Source: Trichoplax adhaerens
Taxonomy: Eukaryota > Animalia > Placozoa
Direction of reading: 5' to 3'
Length of the DNA: 64,000 nucleotides
NCBI RefSeq assembly: GCF_000150275.1
Contig: NW_002060945.1
Location: 8,634,011-8,698,010, forward strand
This document shows, piece after piece, positions 1 to 13,700 of the stretch. A program made the translations under genes and the position numbers. The notes beneath the pieces are model-generated. The model made no database searches, was not told the DNA's origin, and saw only the letters and a program-made list of their open reading frames with translations. The number at the start of each line of letters is the position of its first letter. The stretch's first letter is position 1.

Positions 1-3000
1 TTTTCAACCTCATCTTTGGCACTATCTAATTCTACCTCCAATTCTTTTACAGCCATTTCATTATCATGACCTTCAGCAGTATACTTATTTTTTGCATCAG
101 CCAATTGCTGCTGAAGTTCCTCGTATTTTATATTGATTTCTCTTACCTTTTTGGATAACTGGTTATTATTTCCTCCTAGTTCATCAATAGTTTCCATGAG
201 TTTAACTCTTTCGTTCTGTAATTGATTGATTTCTTCTCTAAATCTTTCGATTGTTGCTGTATGCTCATTCAATTTCAATTCATAACTATTTGTTGATTTT
301 AGCTGCATATCTTTTAATTCATCCGCAGTACTTTTTTGTAAATTTTCTATATTTACTTGATGTTCTTGCTCTGTTTTACTTAATGTCTTCTTGAAATCAT
401 CATTCATTTCTCTTATTTTACTTTGATAAGCACTTTTAAATTTCTTCTTTAACCCATCAACTTCATTTTCATGCTCTTTTATTTTATCCATGACGTATAA
501 TTCACTTGCTTTTAACTTGCTTCTGGTTTCTTCCAATTCTTTCGTGATAGATAAAATAACTTTTTCTTTGCTAGTGATCTCTACAAAATCTTCTTCTATC
601 GATTTTTGGAATATTTCGATTTTTTTCGCTTGATTTTCAACAGTACTTTCTAACTCCACTTTACTTGCTTCTAATAGTTCAATTTCTTTTCCATATTTAG
701 CTTGAATTTCTGAATGTTTAGCTTCACTATCTATCAAGGCTTCCTGCATTTTTGAGGTGCTAATATGAACTTCACCCTTTAATACTTCAATTTCCTTTAT
801 GAGAGATTGATTTTTCGATACTAATGTAGTAATCTCTTGATCTTTGGATTTCAATATTTCCTGGTTTTTGTCTAGATTAACTTTCATCATTTGCACGTGC
901 CCTTCCAACTCACTTGCTGCTACAGTCGATGCCTTTTCAACTTCTGTTTTTTTTCTATATAGTTGCTGCAATTGATCATTTACATCTACAAGTCGTTTTT
1001 CATACGAATCGACTGCTTTTTGAATTTGATTCTTATAATCTGCATGTACTTCTTTTATGTGAATATTAAATTTAGTTTGTTGTTCATCCTGTTGGCTTGC
1101 ATAATTTTTATCTTTATCCAACATCGTTAAAGTTAATTGATCGTAGGCTTCTTGTAGCTCGCGGAGTTGATCATGACTGGACTGTATTTGAATATCATAT
1201 TGCGCTTTCAAGTCGTTAATGATTTTTTGATGCTCCTCTCTGACTTGATTTACTGTAACTCTTTGACTCTGTTTAATTTCATCAATTTCATCTTCATACC
1301 TCTTTTTTAGTGCTTTTATCTGCTCCTTTTCTGTATTGACAGCTTCTAAAGTTTTTTGATCGCAAGCCTCTTGAATCGATCTAATATTGTCACTATTGCT
1401 TTTTTTTGTATCCAATAGTTCCTCTTGCAAGGCAGTTACTACTCCATTTACGTTTCTTAATGACTTATTAACAACTTCTAACTGTGTTTTGTACTCTAAC
1501 TCCTGTTTCGCTATCTGCTCTTTGAATTCAGTTTCCTTTTCTTTCACTACGCGCTCATGAAATGATCCAAGCGCAACTAAATTCTCTAAACTATGCTGTC
1601 TTAATGATTGTATGACTTGGGCTATATTATTTAATTCTATATCCGTATCTACATTTATAGATATTGCATCAGCGTCTACTTTTATAACAGAACCATAATC
1701 TAATTTCAACTTGTGTAGAGTGGTCTTTGTATCTTGTAAATATACTTTAACAGTATCAGATATCGACTGAAAGAATTGCGCTGACTGTTTACTGTTATTT
1801 TCCAACTTATTAACTATAACTTGATTTTCTTTAACAGATTCTTGAAGGCAATTAATGTTTTGATTGTGCCGCTCTTCTGCTTCAGTTAGCTTCTTCTCAT
1901 AATCTAATTTAATTCGTTCAATTTTATCATCGAATTCAGACCTTAAGCTAACTTTATCATTTTCATGTTGTTGCATTAACTTTGATAATTCCTGATCATG
2001 CTCAGATTTTAGCGATTCATTCGAGGCCTGCGCTGCATTATATTTCAATTCTAATTTTCGCTTATAGCTGTCGATCTTTGATTTAAAATTTTCCTTTACT
2101 TCGGATAAAGTGGCTTGATGTGATTGTGTTGACTCAGCAGCTTTAACATTATATTCTTCTTCCATATCTTTTAGTTTTTGATTGTGTTCTTTCTCCATAA
2201 ACTTTATCCTTTCTTCAAGTTCATCCCTTAGTGCAGCTTCACTGTCTTTGGATTTCTTTTCCATATCAGATAACTGTAGTTTATGTTCAGTCGTTAGTCG
2301 CTCTATAGAAGAGGAAGCGGAAGTTAACTCTGATTTATAGCTATCTTCAATATGTTGTATTTGTGATCGATAATATTCTTCTAAATTTGAAAGAGCAACT
2401 TGATGTGACTCCTTTAACTGTGTAGTAGCTGTATCAACTTCAGCGGTAGTATTTATTTTGTTAGTCTCTTTGAGATCTTTAATGTGATTGTCATATTCTT
2501 CTTGCGATAGAGCTAATTGTTTAGCGTAATCATTGTCTTTCGTATTAAGTAACTGATCAAAATAGTTTTTAGTCTCATCCAGCTTAGCTTCTAGATCTTC
2601 TTTAATACTTTGTTCTGTACGGGAGTGTTCTTCGCGTAAGGACTGTATCATTAATTCTTGATCAGCTAATAATTGTCGCCTATTATTCTCTTCTTTATCT
2701 AGTGCAACTTTTAAAGCCTCTACTTTTCCATTTAAACTCTTATTTCTATCCTTCATTTCTTGTAATAACTTTTCACTACTAGCTGCATTATTCATAGAGA
2801 TATCTAACTTATTCTGCAGTGATAACAATTTTTCATCGTAATCACGCTTTATCTCTGTTTTTACAAATTCTTCCTGAGTATTTAATTTTTCTGATTGTTC
2901 CATACTCATCATTTCTTTGATCTTTTCGATACGATTTTCGTAGTCAGCTTTTAGTATTTCAACTTGTTTCTGTCGCTTATTTTCGTAGTCGGTTAGTGAC

Positions 3001-6000
3001 GAATGATGCTTACTTTCCACATCTAGCAACTGCATCTTTAAATCATCAATCGTCTTCTGTAACTCGGTCACCTTTGCATGATTTTGACTGTTAACTTCAT
3101 TTAATTTAGCTTGTAGAGATTTCTTCAACTTTATAATATTTTTATGGTTTTCCTCTTGCTTCTCCTTAAGTTGATTATTATGTTGTTGAATAAGTTCCTC
3201 TACTCTTGCCTAATAATAAATAGTTAAATCAACAATGTACCTTTATATTTAAATAAGTCAACATAACGCTTTCAAAGCAAGAAGCACTTACTTGTTCTTG
3301 CTCTAACGAAGTCTCTGATCGCTTCAGTACTTGCATAATCTCTATGAATATTAAAATATACTACACTTTATACATAATAATATAAATTAAGACATGTAAA
3401 TGTTAAAAAATAATCTTTTATTCCTTATCTGTTGTAATTATGATGTTAGTGTGAGAATGTTCGTGATATTAGCAGATTTCAGTACTGTACATTAGAGAAT
3501 AGGTAGCTTGGACTTAAGGATGATTGTATACAGTTAAACGTTATGATAATTTCGAAAATACATCTTCAGTTTTATCATACAATCATACTATTACATTTTA
3601 CGGATTACTATTTATAGTGTAAATGATTAGTGTTTCCAGTAGGATCGTTTACATTAACGAACAAGTTGTAACTTTGCAGTCTAGATGATTTCCATGACAT
3701 AATTTACTATTACCTACCTTGCTTTTCTTTCAGAGCAAGTTCAATTTGTTTTTGAGAGTCTTGTATCACTGATTGTCGTTGCAACTCTTCATTTTTCAAT
3801 TTCTTTATGAAATCTTTAATCTCGTCATTTTTAGAATCAATAGCTCTTTCCATTTCTAAACATCATAGCGAAAAAGTCATTAAAGAAAAGAACGAATTAA
3901 TATTAAATTACTACCTAAATATGAGCAGATTATGATCTATTATAACGTACATATGGAAAAATGTTGTATTCTACGTTATTAACAATTACCATCATTTTTC
4001 TTCTTTATAATCTCTTTGAATTCAGCATCTTTTTTAATAAGCTCTGATTCCATTTCTTTATCTTTTGTCTTTAAAGCAGCTTGAAATACCTTCTCACGAT
4101 TTTCAGCATTCATTTCGTTTTCTTTTACAAGCCTACTGATCATTTCTTGTTTATCTTTATTCATTAAGTCGATAACGGCCGATTTATCCTTCTTTAAATT
4201 TTGCAACAATTCTTCTTTTTCCGCTTCTTGTTCAGTCATACATTTATTTAATTTTTCGCGAAGTTCTAATTGTTCTACTCGACTGGATTCTTTGAGATCT
4301 TTAATCGCTGAAAGTGAAATAAATCCAATTTATAATCGACGTAAAAATAACTGTAATGCATAGATATTCAAATACATATTTCAAGCATAATACGCATAAA
4401 TATACAGCAACCTTTTTGAGCAGCATCTAATTGGTCTCTGAAAGAGTTTTTCTGTCGTAACAATTTGTCTGCCTCAATTTTCAAATTAGTAACCATGGTT
4501 TGATTATTTTCTAATATTTCTTGAGTTTCTAACAATTCGCTTTGTTTTGCTGTGACTGCATCTTGCATACGCCCATTCAGATCTTGTATAGCAGTTCGCT
4601 TCTGTTTTTCCAATGTATCCATGTTAGCATTTAGATCTTCAATTTTCTTTTGCAACATTTCTTTTTCAATCGTAAAGGATTCCTAAGTAGAAATTAAAAT
4701 ATTAACAAATAAGATACTAAGTAGCTCGGTGTAGATAGAACACAACTTAGTTGCATATTAAAACTTTAAATTAAATTTTTGATTTTTATAATCAGCAACT
4801 ATAAAATTACCTTTAAGCGATCCACCTCCTCTCTTAGTTGATCGTATTGAGCTAATCCTTTCGCCTAATTTAAAAAGGAATTTCAATTTATTCTTTCCAG
4901 CTTCACTACCGTTGCATTAGTAGATTTACGATATTATAAATTAGAATAATAGTACTATTATCAACGCTATCTGAGCATGTTAGTAAAGCTAACTTACAAT
5001 TCCTTGCATTTTATTAGCTATAATTGGTAGGAGCCATTGAATGTATTCAGACGCGTAGATATATATATTGTAATAGAGGTAATTACATAATTGAGAATCA
5101 GTTACTTATTTAAAGATAATTATATCTACTGATATAACCAACTGCGTTTCTTACAATCGTTAAGATCATTTTCGGCCTATTAATGATTGTAATACAAAAG
5201 AGAAAAATTACTTTGGAAAATTTAACATTAATCTCATAAAGCAATTTTAGTTGTTAAAGATTTAATTAAAGCAAACCTCTTGTGACAATGAATTAGTAGT
5301 TTGTTTGAGTAGTGCAACCTAGCATTTGAAGTACATATTGCATCATTACTAATCATTCATTAAATTATGAAATTACTGTATTATAGTAGATAAGAAAAAT
5401 TGGAGATAGATGTTATAGTTCTAAAGTACCTGCTGTTGCAGCACACGTATCAAATCATCTTTTTCTTGTAAGGTTGATTGCATACTTTCATCTAAATGCT
5501 TCTTAGCTAATTGATCTAACTGATGTGCCTAATGACAATAAAATAGATATGTCGTCAATGAGTGACAGTGTTTCGACAGTATTTAGATGTAATACTTTTA
5601 TTTCTAGCTACTATAGAGTGCAAGAAGTACATACCTCTTTCATTTCAGCTATTCTTTTGAAGGCCTTATCTTGATTTTGAACTAATGTTTGCTGTTGAAA
5701 TGAATTAGAAAAAAATTAAGGGATATTGATTCAACTAGTCATAATTGTTGATTAACAAAACAGGTCGGTAAATTTGATTCAACAAAGTCTGTTATCAATT
5801 CTGTATTAACTACAGTAACAATGTGTCGTTGTAATGTCTCTTACCTCTATTCTTTCCTTATCCGCTTGTAAAGTACTGTAAGCAGTATTTAGCTACAAAT
5901 GGACAAAAATTGATATAATTGATTTATTATCCCGAAGAAATAATGCATTTTCTAAGATAAGTACTGTACAATATTGATATGTAATCCGTAATGATATATT

Positions 6001-7901
6001 TATTATTGATATCTTATGATAATCAGCTACACTTCTTAAATACTTACTTTAGATACTTGAACTTTATAGCGCTGTAATTCTGCTTTAAGCTTTTTACGAG
6101 ATTGAACTAATTCATTATACTTTATGTCATGACTGACTGGTGTCGAATGGAATGTACGTGTATCTCCTCCCGCTTGCTGTGATGATGATATACTAATTTT
6201 GGCAGGTGTACTATCAGTAACAGGAGTAGCAATATCAACTAAAGGTGCGATTGCATTGGAAGATATTTCTGCAGGGTAATTATTACCCTCTTTATCTTTT
6301 TCTTTTTCGGCTTCTGTGTTCTTCTAATAGCCATAGTGTTTATAACATGAATCAGTTTTCATTTAATAGTACATTAGTTATAAAATTTTAGTCCTAAATT
6401 GATGTGATGAAGCTTACGTAATAATCCATATAGGCTATCAATATGCAATAGTAAATGTGGTAGTATGAGCAATATTTATTGACAGTACAGTAGAAGGATA
6501 TCATCACGCTTTGTCCCTGACTTATTAACATAACGACAAGTACAGTTTTTGCAGTATATTGATTTGATATTGACCATTAGATAGTCGGTTTGGTAATCCA
6601 TTGCTAATCACAATTCGTACAGTCAACTTATTAAAATGCTCCATCATCGGCAACTACTTCTATCATTACTATTTTGTAATATCGAAACCATCAACAGCCC
6701 TTCTGTATATCAGGTTAAATAAATTATATCTACGCGCTAGTAAAATTATTTATTTTATTTAGCTAAGCTACAACGTAGACTACTAAAGAAAGTTTGACAG
6801 TATTTATTGCTATTGCCGTTTATTGAATGGTTTTCGATTGGAAAATTGATTCTAACAAGCCTTCCTATTTGTAATATCATCATGATTACAGGTAATACTT
6901 TTATCCTTACGAGCAGTTGCCCAAATACAATATTAACAGGCAGTGTACTATTTATTGGCTGTTCAATTTTACGTTATATCTGAATTGATACACAATTTTG
7001 AGTATGCTATCTAGGCATGGTGTCTATTAAAGTAGAGTTGGATGTTTTGCTGTTGAAAAATTGATATCCAGGATAGCTATGAAGTTTAATTGAATTGCAA
7101 TAGAGTACTGTACAGTACATTATCGATCTATACATCAGTTTACAGAAAACAATACTAAAACAGAATCATCCTCTTTCTATATCATGACTTGTCTTGATTA
7201 GAGTGCAAAACATGTTGAATTTTTCTGGTATCTCCCTCTCTACCCTGATATCGATATCGCTTTGACTATTCCTTATCAATGATAGTCTACAGATCTTGAT
7301 ATAGAAACGGCTAATGCGTGATCTACGAGTAACTACCATGCAATATCCATTTCAAAGATGAACATGACTACCGATAGTATCTTGCTCCTCATTTCAAAAG
7401 TGAAATAGGATGAAGTTGATTGCTCAAGGAATATATAAGATAATAGCTATGATCATCGATCAAGGTTGAATGCAATTTCGAGAACGATCTATCACTTAAA
7501 TTGATTGATACATTAATTGTTGAATATCCTTGGTATTGACTGTCAATTTAAAGACTGATCGATCGAATGATGACTTGTATGATTTTACTCAACTCTTTAT
7601 CCTAGTTGTCATTACTAGACTTACAGGTGTATCCAATACAGTGGAACTTAACTTTGTTTCATCATCAGCAGTAGCATAGAGTGTATTGGAATTATCATCG
7701 ACATTGCTGACTGATGTTTCTTGACTGGCCTAAATAATCCAAGACATGAAATGTATTACGACTGCTTGCCAGTATATTAAACGTATAAACATGGAGAGTG
7801 CACATTGATACCTTTCGATTATCGGTAGTTTGATCGATAGATGCATTAACTGGTGACGATTTTTCCGACTCGGCTACCTGTTTCTTTAATTTAGCGAACA
7901 T
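1..7901 (-). CDS. GOLGA4: Golgin subfamily A member 4 (golgin-245)-like long coiled-coil protein; multi-exon, 3' end outside the window
   Basis: ATG at 7901 gives MFAKLKKQVAE (GRIP-golgin-type N-terminus). Spliced exons at about 7812-7901, 7625-7729, 6049-6324, 5845-5892, 5636-5691, 5430-5528, 5276-5318, 5140-5176, 4811-4864, 4412-4682, 3990-4307, 3718-3855, 3292-3341, then 1-3209. They give QNQDKAFKRIAEMKE-AHQLDQLAKKHLDESMQSTLQEKDDLIRVLQQQ-VALLKQ, matching the GOLGA4 N-terminal conserved block as I recall it. The last exon seen is an apparently stop-free E/K/Q-rich coiled coil. Confidence 0.8.
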
Positions 7902-8019
7902 TTTAAGAAGAATTTTCCATTCGCGGACAACATATGCGTAGATTGGAGTGATTTGAAAGGTCCTTTTGGACTCCAATCGGAGTCGATATTTCTAGTCTAG
8001 CGTCGAGTATGAATGTGCA

Positions 8020-8340
8020 ATACTGTACGGTACCTTGCGTTCGTGTGATATCCCATACTGTAGCCATAGCGGTACGTCACCAGTGGCCTAGACATCCAGT
8101 ACAATACCGCACAGTAAATAGTATTGTAATTTACAGTGCACAGTATGCAGTAGTACTGTAGTCTTGGGTACAGTGTACAGTACACTACTCTACAGTGTCG
8201 TGATCAACGACGGTAACATGGGCTACTGTAGATCTACCTAGCGTAGTCCATTCCACTGTCTACAGTAGACTGTACCATGGACGACTAAATTTAGCCTAAA
8301 TTGACTAGTCAACGACAGTAGAACGTGCCCAGTGTAGTCA
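8020..8340. promoter_or_regulatory. ACAGT/ACTGT palindromic cluster upstream of GOLGA4
   Basis: Dense tacagt/actgta/gtacag words 120-440 bp upstream of the ATG at 7901. Confidence 0.5.
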
Positions 8341-10703
8341 TGCCTGACTTATCACGATTGTCACCATATCATGGCCATCACTTTGGCCAGAAAAAAGATG
8401 GCTGCAAGACAGGTTGAAATCGAGCATAATCAATGACTAAATTGCAGTACAATCATAATGTAGAAAAATGTGTGAATTTATAAACACTGGAAACGATGTA
8501 TTCGGTATTATTCATTCTTTCTTGGACGGCTTAATGGCCTATCTCTTATCCAAGTACTGTAGTCAGTGATGATCTTAGAGATGGATAGTGAAGTGATTCG
8601 GATGTTCACAGTAGTCAGCCAAGGACTTCTCAACAAATTTTTAACCCCCCAGCCCTAAAAGAAGTCCTGCTTCCAATTCCTAATCCCAAATTTAATTTTA
8701 CCCCTACTCTTAAAGAACTACACGAGTAGTTTAAAGAGGTAAATAGAAGTTTGTATAGAAGTACTAAAATCATCATCTAGTGCAAATGAGCAATAAAAAT
8801 CCAATAATTAGTAAAGTGCTTATGCTAACGCTATTAAAATATCGTCAGCCATATCTCTTTATAGTGTCTGTTTTTAATCGTTTCATTCTAATAGCTTTAG
8901 TAGCCTATGAGCAGTAAATAATGGAAATTGTGGATTTTGAACCTGACCTACTCTCCACTACAGTAGTATCATTACAAATTTATGACATGAACGACAAAGA
9001 CTGCAACCGGCAGCCTAGCCCTTAAATAAACGAGATCCCCAAGCTGTACCCAACCAACCAATTCATTTTATAACTTTCGAAATACCACATCAATAGCAAT
9101 TCCACAAGCACATTGCATAGTATCGTACTTTATCGAATCTCGAAAGTATATTATATACACACTGCATAGCAGGAATCAAACAATCGTTTCTTTCTGCAGA
9201 CTGCATATGCGTCAGTACTGTAGTAAAGCTCGACCCGAAATGATATCTGATATCCTAAAATGCTGTCTGCTTTAATTAACAGCACTGTAGGCCCAATGCA
9301 AGAGTTTAGCTTACAAAAAATCACGCCTTTACAAAATTATGAACAGTTTCCAATAACATCGAGATCCTAACGGCAATGGATATTGCAGTAGAATTGCTCA
9401 TAATAATACAGTATGACATCATGATGAGGAAGAATTCATTATTTTCAAACCCTATACATTGGATTAGACTGCAGTGATTCTTAATGATTGATAGAAGAGA
9501 TGAATGGATTGTTTATTTTTTATAGATCCCGATTTTGCAATACCATCCACTTTGTCTGATGATATACTACTCGTGTAGTATGGATAGCACGGTAAAAACA
9601 ACAGTGACTTTCGCGTAGTTATTAATTATTATTATCCATGACAGTATCTACGATTAATAGATTATAGCTTATTTTATATATTCACCATAGCTTACAGATG
9701 ATCGCATAAAGTATCAGCAATAAAACTGAATTTACAAGTATACAAGAGTATAGTCTCTTGTTTATTCTAAAGTCCAAGCGGCCACGTATTACATTTGTCG
9801 ATAAACATTTAAATTTTGAACAACTTTAGGGGGATATTAGGCAGGTTTATATTTAGCAAGATACGAGTATAACGTAATGTACTTATTGGCTTGCTTAAAC
9901 GTTCGCCTACCACCTTTGTAGGCCTCTGGTATATTTAATTATTCGTCATCATGCAATAACTTATTAAGATAATCTATAAATCCCATTTTAGACGTTTGTA
10001 TCGCTCCTCTTCGCAGTCTTACAAAATCAAAGTGTTTTTTTTTTGCGCTTCTATACTACTTTAAGGCACTATATCCTTATTTATTATATTTTGTTGTTGC
10101 ATATAACAAGCAATAAGCCAGATACCATTTGACAAGTGCAGGTCTTAAAGCCTAGGATGAGTTTGTTGCTACTGTTTTCCGGATGTTATTTTGTATATTC
10201 ATCATATGAAAAAATAAACATCCTAGGAAGAACTCGTTTAATACAAGTGCAAATTGACTGCATTATAGGAAAAGGTATATATGACCTATTCAATCTGTAT
10301 TGATTGCACACGCACTCTTTTATCACTTTCAATAGAGCTATCTCTGCAGCCATACCCAAGTATATCGAAAACTTAAGCATCTGGTGATAGTCTGTATAAA
10401 TAATCTGCTTGCTCCCCAAAGACCATATCATCAGCAGCAGAAGTAATACCAATAAATAAACTCTGTCCAAAGCATCAGTTAACACAATTAGTTATACCAT
10501 CACGACCTTCCTATTTTAAAATTCTATTTATTTTGGCGATAAGTATATAGAAACAAGTTTAGCGAATTTAAGAATCTCCAAACGCAGCAAAAAATTATAT
10601 AAATATTGTAAAGAGACAAGACTCTGCTTTCAACTTAGCAGATAATACAGTAAATGCCGCAGTGTACCAAAGAGTAGCATTCAACCACGGTATATTATTC
10701 TTA

Positions 10704-13700
10704 TCACTTGCTGGATAATTTTAATACCGAAACATCTAATAAATGATTGTCACCGAATAGTGAATAATATTGACTGCTATCGGAACCATTTCTATCCTGC
10801 AATAAATTGCCCATTGCACAATTGTCGGATATGTCAATATGAGATTTGCACATATTTACCATGTTAGGTTCCTTATAGTCAGTATGCTTAGAACGAATGC
10901 TATCAAGATTTGAATAGCACTTTTGTGATATCCTTTCCAAATTATGATAACTGTTAACATTTACTGGTAACGACGGCTGCACCATACACTGCAACGGTAA
11001 ATAGGAACGATTATCGGGGCCTGAAAGTAATGGTTGATTATCATATTCATTTTTTTGTCGTAATCGAATAGTAGATGATTGAACAGATCTAGTTGGGAAA
11101 AATTCAGGTGCATATGGTGATAGTTGTTTTCCTTTGCGACCTTTGACACATTGTGAATAAGTAATCTTTGATACCCTCGGTGTAAGTGGCACCTTATCGC
11201 TATTTAATCTTGAAGTCGATGACGTTGACGGACATTGATTTACTACAGCGCTACCATAGGGTCCATTATTCAAGTTATGTCCAACAGTTTCAATTTTCGT
11301 TACTCTATGAACATGATTTGCTTTGGGTACTGTTTTACTGTCATGATTATTTATCTTTTCTACATTATTTAGTTTATTATCATTCGTTTGATATCTTGAA
11401 TTTGGATGTAATATTTTGTTGTGTAATATATTGGTATTTAAGTTAGTTGGGTCTATTTTTGAGTTCCTACTACTATGAGACTAAAGAAGAAAGAAAAAAT
11501 ATGTTACAACTAAATCACCGAATTCAATATAGAAAGATTATAAACGATGGCATAAATTCTAGTTACGGCTTTTTGCTATAATACAGTATACAAAAATGGT
11601 GCTATCATTATAAAAAATTCCTGAAAGTTAAAATCTTACATGAGATTCCTAAAAATACTATAAAGTATGTTGTTATAAGTACACTATTTAATTGTTAATT
11701 TTCTCTTTAGCTGTAATAGTAAATTCTTTTTGCGTATAGTGCTTGCGTACAAGCTAATGATACCTCTTATAGCTGATTTATTAATTAAACTATGGTTAGA
11801 AGAAATTATGAAAATGGTGTCATTCCTTGCTTTACTATTTATCGTCATCGTTTCTGCTGGATAATCAACGTATCATATAACTAGCTACGTACCTGATCAG
11901 ATCGATCTGACATATTTCCGAATGATTTCGAGCTATCACTACTATTTTGACGTTGTACTTCTCGATTATTATCCGCTTTTGCCTAAAAATAGGGGAGAGT
12001 ATTTTGGTATTATATAAATATAGGCTAACAAGTGAATATTGTATATCGTAGCGTAATGAATAGTATCGATGAGTGCTGGTATCGGTAAATTTGTTATACT
12101 ATTCACCGAATCTACTTCTACAATACAACATCTTTAATGCCAATAGGTATTTACAAGATAATCATAATTGCTCAATGACTAAAAGTGATTGAAGTAATGA
12201 CGCGTTACAATAAAGAATGCTACCATGTACTCATAGCATCTCACACAGTTAATTTTATTTAATTTTAACCAATAATAACAACATCAGAGCCCAACTACCT
12301 TTATTTCCTTTCCTGGATCTTTTCGCTTGGGTTTGTCTTTCTTCTTTATCTTTCGTCGCCTTCTTTCGTCAAGCCGAAGGATCTGTTTTAGATATAGTGA
12401 TTAGGAAATAATTATTCAATACTGCTACATATGCGATACGTCTAAAGTTTGGATAACTGTCAGTAAGTTGTAGTCGTAAATACAACCGTGACAGTATAGT
12501 ATATCGAGTTACCATCGCATTCAAAATTTCATCAGGCTCTTCCGGTGAACATTCGTCGTCGTTATTTTCATTTTGATCAATCTTTCAAAAGTAAAAAATA
12601 GCAATAGGTTATATTAAAATTTTTTTATCAACAAGAATCTTGCATTGAAATTACAGTACTATTAAGTAAAAAATAGTTGTACATTTGACACATTTCGGTG
12701 TACAGCAATGTCGCCGACTAAGGTAATTTACATATTCGATCAACCAGTGTACAACACAGTGGTATGTGTGTCATGCAGTATAAGGATGATTTTACTATAT
12801 TCCATCTAGAATATACTGTTCGCGTATATAGGATATCGGTCCGTTTAAATAATTGGTCATTTTATAAAATTATATTTATATTAACAAATAATTAAGTAAT
12901 AACACGCTATTTACATAAAGAAGTTTATTGACAATATTGGCTCAGAATAAGTTATCCTATTGAAATACTAACGTAGAATGTTACGCAATTTTGTAACTCT
13001 AACAGCTGTTCTGAAATGAATGAACATACAGTCAACGATATGGTAGAGTAAAACGCCTTCTGGTACTGTAATCTTAATGAAGGATTATACTACGGGACAA
13101 AATGATATACAAGTATTACAGTAGATTCAATGCCGATCAGTTAAAATTATGCTCTTTAAAATACTTGAAATACATAACAAGTGGTCACGAAGATTCATAA
13201 TTCAGGCCATTGAATACCCGTTGTGATTCATGACTAAGAAACATCTGAGATATATGCCGTAAAAATGTCTATGATTTTTAAACGATATCAATATTCAAAG
13301 ACTGAAAAGGTGCTTCTGAGCAGATTGTCAAGCATAAAGTAACTAAAATTCCGCCTACGTTCGTTCATTGTCAAAATAAATAAAAAAGATAGATAAAATT
13401 TTTAAATCGTTTCCGTTGCTTGTCATTTAAATTTAGTTAACGATGTACACGTGTTAATAGAAAAAAGTAATTATATATAATTGTGCAGCAGATTGATAAT
13501 TAATTAGTTGAATTTTTTCGTAATCACACGTATTACAAAGAAGATTAAAGGTTTGCATGCTTTCAGTGATATTGTCAAGTAATGTACGCGTAGAATATCA
13601 ATCGTTGATTAACTACAATTGCACATAGACAAGTTCTTAACGTTTAAAGATCGTAGTGCATCGTTTATCTCTAGTTATGGTAGCTAGCTATAATCTAGCA

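Noticed and set aside
8398-10485. Possible plus-strand gene starting ATGGCTGCAAGACAG, and minus ORF 10186-10485
   Set aside because: Could not build a coherent coding model; probably UTR or non-coding
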